Shown here: piece after piece, positions 55,301 to 64,000 of the stretch | How positions within the stretch are numbered: position 1 is the stretch's first letter | Layout of the letters: each line of letters opens with the position of its first letter | Source: Salpingoeca rosetta | Taxonomy: Eukaryota; Protista; Choanoflagellata | Direction: 5' to 3' | NCBI GenBank assembly: GCA_033442325.1 | Contig: JAWQFM010000001.1 | Coordinates: 477,324-541,323, forward strand | Length of the DNA stretch: 64,000 bases | Notes under the pieces: model-generated | Database searches by the model: none | Told to the model about the DNA's origin: nothing | What the model saw: the letters and a program-made list of their open reading frames with translations, nothing else | Program-made: the position numbers and the translations under genes

Positions 55301-56914
55301 CGTACAGTGTATCGCATGCCTACATTTGCACAGTGTGCGCGTGCGAAAGTGTGCACTCCTCGTACTACAGTGCCTGCTCAACCCATTCTCTCATTGTGAT
55401 GTTTTTTTTTTTTTTTGATTCCCTGTGCACATCACTCGCTGCTCCTCACATGATCCACCACCTTGTCCCAGGTGTGCCTGTGTGTGGATGTGGATGCGCC
55501 AACGACGCCAGCTGGTGGTGCGCTGACAGAACCTGATGCTGACGAGAACGCGCTCGACTTCCCATTCAGCGAGTACAACTACGAAGAGACGTTCACAGGC
55601 GCGATCACGGGCAACAGCAACCCGCGTCGCTTCTCAACTGCATTTGAGACCAGCGCCACCATTGTGAACATGGAGGGCGAGTCGATGCTGCAGTGCCTGC
55701 GGTACTGCGATGCAGACCCGGATTGTCTCGGCATCTTCGCCAGCGTCGTCAACGGCATGCTTCGGTGCCAGCTCATGAGCGACCTTGGCTCCGGCACGGG
55801 CGTGTCCACACAGATTGTGTCCAAGTCGCTGACCAAGGGCACCCAGCCGTCTGCTGTTGGGACGGCAACGCCTTCCATTGCCAGCGCCATCCAGACGGTT
55901 GTTGGCAACGGCGGCACGACGTGGGACTCGTCAGCAACCCTGCTCAACACGGGTCTCAACCAACCGGACTGCGTCACCTTTGACGGCGAGCACGAGATGC
56001 TGGTGACGATGGTGTCCGACCACCGCGTCATCCGCGTGGACTTGCGCACGCGCACGTCATCCCTGGTTGCCGGCACGGGCGAGATGGGCGCGGACGGTGT
56101 TGGCGGCGCTGCCACGAGCGCACAGCTGAACCGCCCCCGCTGCGCCATTGCCGATGTGGAGGGCAACGTGTACATCACGGAGGAAGGCAACCACCGCGTG
56201 TCTGTTGTCGATGTGGTGAGCAAGAAGCTGTCGGTGTTTGCTGGCACCGGTGATGGCGGGCACCGCGGGATGGGCGGTGTGGCGACGGCTGCGCAGATCC
56301 ATTCGCCACAGGCCATGGCATGGACAGAGGAAGGCAACCTGCTGTTCTCGGACGAGGAGAACCACGTCGTGTACATGGTGAACCCGCACACCACCATCAT
56401 CTCCGTTGTCGCCGGCACGCCGCGGGTGGCTGGCGATGAGGGCGACGGGCAGCTGGCGATTGGGGCGCGCCTCAACATGCCTGCAGGCATTGCCGTGTAC
56501 GACCACATGCTGTACATTGCAGACAGCGGCAACCACCGCGTCCGCGCAGTGGATCTGTACACGCAGGTCATCACCACGGTGGCCGGCACCGGTGTTGCTG
56601 GGTTCAGCGGCGATGGTGGCCTGCCCACGGACGCGCGTCTCGACACCCCGCGTGGCGTGGCCGTGCACTCGTCTGGCTCGCTTGCCATTGCAGACAGCGG
56701 CAACCACCGCGTCCGCGAGTTCAACATTGGCGTTGGCGCGGCCGGCATCATCACCACCACCGCTGGTAACGGCCAGCGCGGGTACAACGGTGACGGCATG
56801 GTGGCCACAGACACGGCGCTCAACTTCCCGACGGGCATCACCTTCTCCCCGCTCACCGACAACGTCCTCTTTGTCGACCGCCGCAACCGCCGCGTCCGCC
56901 AGATCTGGGCTTGA
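45549..56914 (+). CDS. Secreted mosaic protein: signal peptide, dermatopontin-like domains, 7 Sushi/CCP modules, Cys-rich linker, PAN-like, NHL beta-propeller
   Basis: Signal MAHAVLVFAVFLLAAATQTQA. Repeated EDRRWNFAC / EDRVWRFEC / EDRRWKVSTC / ADRRWRYYC / NDRVFSYQC / NDRLWGFQC. Paired Sushi exons 48945-52499 and 54097-54484. Terminal exon 55472-56914 has QCLRYCDADPDCLG and NHL repeats (LNMPAGIAV..LYIADSGNHRVR). No TM seen. One Sushi exon is out of frame (see findings). Confidence 0.85.
51509..51712 (+). repeat. Compound (CA)n-(CT)n-(CCCTCTCTCT)n intronic microsatellite
   Basis: Seen directly; representative of dozens of CA/GT tracts across the window. Confidence 0.95.
52274..52370 (+). repeat. 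(AAC)n microsatellite abutting a splice acceptor
   Basis: The AAC run ends directly at CAG|GCGACC (Sushi exon at 52374). Confidence 0.9.
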
Positions 56915-57534
56915 TTGTGTGTGCAGCCGACAGTAAACACGCAGTTGGAAGGATGTTGATATGTTGATTGCTTTCACGCTCTGAACTCTTGATCTGACCA
57001 TTCAACTAATTCAAGCTACCCTCAACTTCATCAGTCATGAGGGCTCAAGAGAGCATTGCATGTCTTCTTCTTCCTCCCCCCTCCTCCTTGTTCACCACAC
57101 ACTCGCTCTGCTTGTAACGCAACGGCTCAATGAATCAAAACAATCTTGCTTGCCTTGTTCTTCTTGCTTTCTTCATGTCTTCGTGTCTTCGTGCTGGACT
57201 CTTCAGTTCTTCAGTTGTTCAGTTCTTTTGTTCTGTTTGTTCCGTTGTTCACTAATTCTCCTCCACTTTGTTCTCCTTACTTTTGCTGCTCTTCTTCCAT
57301 TCACACGCCCCGACCGAGCTGGTGCTTGCTTGTCCTGCTTGTTTGCTTTTGTGTCATACACAACACATGGAAGCATTGAACCTTTGAAATTAAGGAGCAT
57401 GTCGTACAACTTGACACGTGAAGAAAACAGAAGAGCGACAAGTAAGCAGAGGCAGCGTCACAGTACGAGGTTTGCGACTGAATTCAGTTTTTCGACATTC
57501 TTCACCCGCAACAACAAGCAAGCAAAGCAACAAC

Positions 57535-57959
57535 ATGCGGCTCACATCAGCGGCGGCAGTTGTAGTGGTGGCAGTGGCCTGCTGCTGCGTGTCGACGACA
57601 CACGCTGACATCACGGAGGAATACAAGCGCGTAAGCAGAGCAGCCTGTTTGTCTCGATAATGCTGTGTGTGTGCGTGTGTATATGTGTGTGACAAAGCCT
57701 TGTGTGCACGTTCATACCGCATTGAGTTTTTGACTGCGTTACATGCCACCTGGTTGCGTATGACACGAAACGCAGGCTGCGCTTGCCTTTCAACAAGGTC
57801 GCCTGGGCGAAGCTGAAGCCATCTTCGAACAGGTGTTGCCTGCTATCCTTGGTGCTGTTGGTGCTGATTGATGCTGACTGTGCTGCTGTTGGTAATCTTG
57901 GGCGCCTTTTCTGCTGTTTAAAATCGCTATCATCTGTCCACACCCAACCACGAATCGAT

Positions 57960-58010
<51 letters not shown>

Positions 58011-61000
58011 GAATGCTTGCAGCTCTCGCAACTGTTTCCGGACGTGTCGGCACCATTTGTCAACCTTGCTGTCGTCAACGAGAAGAAGGGCAACGTAAGC
58101 GAACACCCACCTGTGATGGTGCTTGGCTTAATGGGGTTGTTTTGTGTCCACCACTGTGTCGCTCATTGTCATGTTTGTAGCTCATGTTCGGTCACATGTC
58201 CGCACGCGCAAATGCTGCTGCCTCAGGTGCTGAAGGCCTATCGGCTCTTTGTGCAAGCGCGCAACAACTTCCCTGATGATTATGAAGTGGCCATTTCCAC
58301 TTGCCGCTTTGGCGCCAACCTGCTCAACACGAAGGTGTGCTTGCTCCTGCGTACGAGTTAGTGTGACTGCTTGTCGATATGCCGTCCGTGTAGAAGGCGT
58401 TCTGCAAGCCACGTGTACTCTGTGCTCACACTCATGACACCTTCATGCATGAATGAAACCTACACAGTTGGCTGTGAGCCCCAAAATGGACTCTGACGTG
58501 TTCTTGGAGGCATGCAAAGACGCAGAAAGGTACAACAAATTGCACAAGCCACCGCACGTTGTCCCCTGCATGTGTGTGTGTGTGTGTCTGCGTGCGTGTT
58601 GTGTTGTGCATCGTTCTCGTGGCTGATACTCGCTGTTGTGTCATGACACATTGCCCACGAATCCTTAACACCACGACTGTACCATTCTATCCTTCCAGGC
58701 TTCGGCCCAACGAGCTCGAGGCAACCAGCATGCTCGGCAACATTTACGTTCTACTCATGCGCTTCCATGAGGTCTTCAAGGCGTTTTGTCTGTGTATGTG
58801 TGCGTGTGTGTGCGTGTGCGTGTGTGTGTGTGTGTGCGTGCGTGTGTGTATGTGTGCGTGTGTGCGTGTGCGTGTGTGTGCGTGCGTGTGAGTGTATGTG
58901 TGCGTGTGTGTTTCAAAGGCATGTGCTTCGAAACCTTGTGTTGCGTGTTGGATGGCACGGGTGCATTATGTCTCACCATCTCACCAACCAAACCTACCTG
59001 TCAGGCCATCCCCATCCTCATGCGAGCGGAAAAGATTGCACGCAACGACGAGGCCTCACACGTTCAAGTGCTGGTGCGCACTCGCCATCATGCGTGTCAA
59101 TGCTGAGGCGTCTCCCGTCCTACCCGTTCTCCTTCATTCCTTTCACTTGCCCCATGCCATCCACACACACACACACACACACAGGCAGACACACCCACAC
59201 ACATTCAAACACGCACACACGCACACATACACACACACACGTACATTCAAACACGCGCACATTCACACATTCAAACATACATTCAAACACACATTCAAAC
59301 ACACATTCACACACATGCAGACGAACATTGCACTTGCGAATCTTCGTGGTGGGATTGTGTCTGGCGCCGTTGACGCCGTGGAAACGCTTCTCACGCGATA
59401 CGGCCATCTCCCAGGCATCTCCTCCACAGCCGGTGGCGTGCGAAGGTGCATCACACGCAATGCCTTGCGTTGTTCCGTCTCTGCACTGCTCGTTTGCTTT
59501 GTTCGTGTTGTTTGTGGTATTTGTGTTGTTTGTGGTGTTTGTGTTGTTTGTGTTGTTTGTGGTGTTTGTGTTGTTTGTGTTGTTTGTGTTTCGTGATTAC
59601 TCACTCAAGATTCGACCACATAACCTCCGCAACAACCGCAATACGCTCGTGTGCATGTGCATATGCGTCTATGTGTGTGTGTGTGTTGATAGCATTCTTC
59701 TTCCTTACGATGAAGAGTCGGTTCGTCTGCTCACCACGTCGCTTGTCGAGGTAGTGAGCACCGGGTCACCCTGCCCGCGCACACTCACATTGACACGTGC
59801 ACAACTTTGCTCAAACACGCCCTGTCACCTCTCATTCCGCAGTGCATTCAGGTTTTACAATCACATCCACACGCATTCATATCCGCAACCATCCCTCCGC
59901 ACGCAACTGTCCCCCCCCCCCTGCTTTGCTTTGTCATTCTCACCCACATATCACTCTCCGCCAATACGCGCACCCTGCAGTTTGCGTCGACAGTGGACGT
60001 GTCTGATGAGACGTGCCAGAAGGGACGCTGGTCCATGGATATGGACTGGACAAAGGGGAAGAAGCATGTCAAGAAGGTTCGCGCATGTTGTGTGTGGTTG
60101 AAGTGCGTGAGTGTGGCAACGGATTTGCTGATATGCATGCAGGGTGAACAAGCTGCACGTGAGTGCGTGATTGTTGCTTCCCGCGTTCTGGCCCTCTTGT
60201 CTGTTTACTCGCTTTCATATTTCAACACACTCACACACTCTCTCAAACACACACGCCCACACACACTCTCTCAAACACACACGCACACACTTCTCCCTCA
60301 ACGGTATTGTGCTGCTACATCAGACGCTCCTGAACCGAGACACCGCCGGCAGCAAGTATTCGTCATCAGAGGAGGCACATCTCGTGGGCAGCGCCCGCAA
60401 CGAACTCAAGCCGTACTACACATCGTACCTGGAGAGGTCCATCTACTTCCTCGCCATCTCCAAGGCTGTCCTGTGGAAGAGTGGGGCGCAGCTCTCCACG
60501 CCGTGTGTCTTCCACACCGCTGCACAGCTCTGGAATGCAGAGTTTACCCAGGCCGTCTCCGACGCACAGTGAGTCCTCAAGTGTGGTGTGTGTGTGTGTG
60601 ATATTGCGTTTGCGTGTGCACGTGTGTGTGTGTGTGAGCATGTGATGCATGTGTGTCTGTCTGTCGGTACATTGTTCACTGCATTGCTTGCTGCGCACGT
60701 TTGTGTGGTGTGTGTGTGTGTGTGCGTGCACGTGTGTTTGTGTGTATGTTAGCCTGTCTGTCCGTACATTGGTCACTGCATTGATTGCTGCGCACGGTCA
60801 TTTATTTGTGTGTTTTCACGGGTGTCATGTGCTTCGTTTCGTTGATCGAATTGGCACTGTCTTGCAACCTCGGCCTCTTTGGTTTCAACTCCTCCGTTCA
60901 CAACCGTCGTGTCGCGTTGTCCTGCTCATTTTGTTCATGTGTGTGCAGGTACATTCAAACCAAGCACATCAAGCACCGCGTGGCTTCAACCCTTCCACTC

Positions 61001-62560
61001 AAGAACATGCGCAACTACTACCACTGGATGCTTGAGGTGCGCCCAGGGAATGTGTTTGTTATGTGTGACTATGTGTGTAAGTGTATGTTATGGTGTGCTT
61101 GCACGTGAATGTGACTTTCTAATACATATGTGGCCGAACTGTGTATGCTTGCAACCGTTCGCTTGAACGTGGCACCTCTCCCTGTCTTGTTGACATGTAC
61201 CTGATCTCTGTTGCTTCCAACCACAACCACCTATCTTTTCAATTTTTCCTTTTCGCAGGGCATGGTGCGTTTGGTGTACATTCAAGAACTTGTTTTGGAC
61301 AAGCCTAGCTTTGACGACGTGAAGATTCTTGTGCCGGACACGCACACCGCACACGTTGCACAGTCCCTTGAGGTTCGTTCAGCCTCTCCTTGAGATGTCC
61401 TTCGTGCACATATGAACGTACATGAAGCAGTGGCTGCTCACGCCAACGCTTGCACCAACCCATGTTCCTCATGGCATCACCATGTCCCAATGCGCACACC
61501 CAACAGCTGCTGCACATCCCCAAGAACCGCATCTTGTCTTATTCTGCCACGGACAGTCAGCGCTGGGTCTTTGATCAAGACTTTCTCCTCATCGACTGGA
61601 TGCAACCAAAGGGTGCGTGGTATCTTGTGCTGATACAGTGTGTGTGAGTGAGTGTGTGTGTGTGTGTGTGTATACTTGTAAGCTTCGGCGCGCGTGTATG
61701 CGTACGTGATTCTGTNNNNNNNNNNNNNNNNNNNNNNNNNNNNNNNNNNNNNNNNNNNNNNNNNNNNNNNNNNNNNNNNNNNNNNNNNNNNNNNNNNNNN
61801 NNNNNNNNNNNNNNNAGTTCCGAAAACCCAATTCCCGCCACCTTCTCGTACTCCAACACTTTCTCCACCTGATACCTGCAAATCCAAACATTTTTACCCA
61901 GGAGATTAATATCACACTCCACCCCGCCAAGCATATTCAGATAATCAACCCTCTAAAAAAGGAGTACATCTCTGTAAGTCACAGTTTGTGCCAGTACGTC
62001 CAAACCTATATGGGTGTGTGCGCGTGTCACCGCGTGTGTGTGTGTGTGGGTGTCTCGGTGGGTGTCTGGGTGGCTGTGTGGGTGTGTGTGTGTGTGTGTG
62101 TGTGTGGTGGTGTGTGGTGGTGTGTGGGTGGGTGTGTGGGTGGGTGTGTGGGTGGGTGTGGGTGTGCGCTCTAAGTGTGTGTGGGTGTGTGCAGTGTGTT
62201 GCATACCCAGGTGTGCTCAACACCATTGCGTGTTGTGTCGGGCCAAACCAGACCCCAGATCTCACACATGCACACATACACACATGCACACACGTGCACG
62301 ACCAACAAACAACCAAAACAACTCCCCAACCCGTGTTGCATTTGATGTGCAGTTGATTCAATTGGCTCGCTGTCCAAGGACGTGTGGTCTCCGTTTTATC
62401 CGCCGCGCGAGGGCATCTTGAAACTCCGCGAACGTCTTCGTGGCGCTCTGATGGAGTTTGATCCAGACTACGACCAGAAGTCGTCGGGCGTTGTGTTCAT
62501 CTCGCGCGACAAAACAAAAGCTGTCCGCTCCATCACAAACCAGGACAAGCTCATTGGTGC

Positions 62561-62592
<32 letters not shown>

Positions 62593-63467
62593 TTGTATAC
62601 TTGTGTGCTTGCGCGCGCGCGTGTATGCGTACGTGATTCTGTGCTTGTGCATGCTCGGCAGTGGTTTGTTGTCGCGTTGCTGCTTGAGTACCACATTGTT
62701 TCAGCAACACCACGGGCTCACTTGCTTGTCCTTTCCATACACGCGCACACACCGCCTGCTAACTGCTGGTTCTGACTCCGACGCCACCACAAACACCACC
62801 ACCGCCGACGCCACCACCCAACCACCACCACAATCATGGCGCAGCTGCGCTTGCGGAAGCGTTTGGGGCGGATCGCGTCACCATCCACCACGGGACAGAG
62901 CCGCTGCACGAGCAGCTGGCCATGTTTGCAACGGCAGACTTGATCCTCGGCTCACACGGCGCAGGCCTGAGCAACGTGGTGGTGGCCAAGCCAAACACGC
63001 CCGTTGTCTTCTTCCCGCTCAAGCCGCACGTTGACCGCACGTTTGGGCACCTCTGCACCGCCCTCAACCTCCCGCAGTGGGTGTTGTCAGACGTGTCCTC
63101 GTACTACTACGGCAACTTTGGCGACCTGTCCACTTTGCAGATCAAGGCCATCGTGCGCACTGCCAAGAAGGCGTACGCACATGTACACGAGACTGAGCGC
63201 ACCGGTGCTGCTGGCGATGATGATGATGATGATGATGGCAATGACGGCGACGCGTTGAACGTTGATGACTTTGCTGCGGATGAGAGCTCGGCCGCACTGA
63301 ACGAGCACGCGTCCTCACCAAGCGCACCAGCTTCTTCATCGGCCACGACCAAGAAGAAGAGGAGGAAGAGACAGGACAGCGACGAGGCGAAGACGGCCAC
63401 GAAAGCGCGCCGCTCGCGTCGCCAGCGCCGCAGGAGGAAGGCAGCGCCCACACGCACGGAGCTGTAG
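57535..63467 (+). CDS. Signal peptide + TPR-like + GT61 (DUF563) glycosyltransferase with C-terminal RTEL
   Basis: Signal [27 protein letters not shown]-like exons ([20 protein letters not shown]; [35 protein letters not shown]). GT61 motifs [20 protein letters not shown], and [22 protein letters not shown]. Ends in RTEL-stop. The gene spans an assembly gap. Confidence 0.82.
61716..61815. other. Assembly gap (100 N)
   Basis: Run of N inside the GT61 gene. Confidence 1.
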
Positions 63468-63897
63468 TGCAGTGTTGAGTTCAGCATGACCCGCGCCCGT
63501 GTTGTTTTTGCATTTGCACGCACATGCTTGCTTGTAGGCAACTTTTCAGCCACCTCCAGTTCGACCTTGTTCCCCCTCGTGACTTTTTCATCACGCAACA
63601 CTTCAACACCACCACCGTCAACACACAACACTTCCACCAACACCACCACCACCACCACAACCCCACCTTTTCAATTCCTCTCTCATCAGCTCCACTTGCG
63701 TTTTGGTCCTCGATTTTCTTCTGGACATGCATGCATGCATGCGATGCGAGTTGTGTTCGTCTTGCTGACTTTTGCATGATGATGTTGATGGAAAGAGAAA
63801 CCAAAACCAATTCAAATCCTTCACACGCAACCAACGCATGGTATCAACAAACACATTTGTATGCAAGCCCTGGCTTCACTGCCAGCCAATGCAACGG

Positions 63898-63971
<74 letters not shown>

Positions 63972-64000
63972 ACGTACGTACGTAAGTTACGTCGTTCGTT

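Noticed and set aside
55579-57001. Long antisense ORFs (453 and 314 aa) over the NHL exon
   Set aside because: Shadow frames caused by GC3-biased codons; no domain-like content.
62830-62922. Apparent frameshift before the GT61 HGAG motif
   Set aside because: Resolved by a phase-1 intron; the acceptor at ~62844 gives [28 protein letters not shown] in frame.

Overview
Intron-rich eukaryotic genomic DNA with (CA)n/(GT)n or trinucleotide microsatellites in nearly every intron. Composition and gene content suggest a choanoflagellate such as Salpingoeca rosetta (inference). Most entries in the ORF track are microsatellite artefacts; I assembled the real genes by eye from GT..AG-bounded exons. From left to right: (1) a partial minus-strand mitochondrial PPR gene (LRPPRC-like); (2) a TIR-(SAM-like)-LRR-ROC-COR Roco gene whose LRRs lie on ten consecutive 84-nt, phase-2 exons; (3) ARPC2; (4) an ankyrin-RING E3 ligase; (5) an acidic low-complexity gene; (6) a 2047-bp IS630/Tc1/mariner DNA transposon with DD82E spacing, 27-bp perfect TIRs, TGA flanks and a 1-nt frameshift; (7) an unknown protein with three internal repeats; (8, 9) a head-to-head pair of paralogous dermatopontin-like + Sushi mosaic genes, one a giant type-I membrane protein and one secreted with an NHL propeller; (10) a signal-peptide TPR-GT61 glycosyltransferase ending in RTEL. 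The best candidates for undescribed systems are the dermatopontin/Sushi pair with its adjacent glycosyltransferase (possible adhesion or recognition locus) and the exon-modular TIR-Roco (possible innate immune receptor). All family calls come from motif recognition, not database searches.
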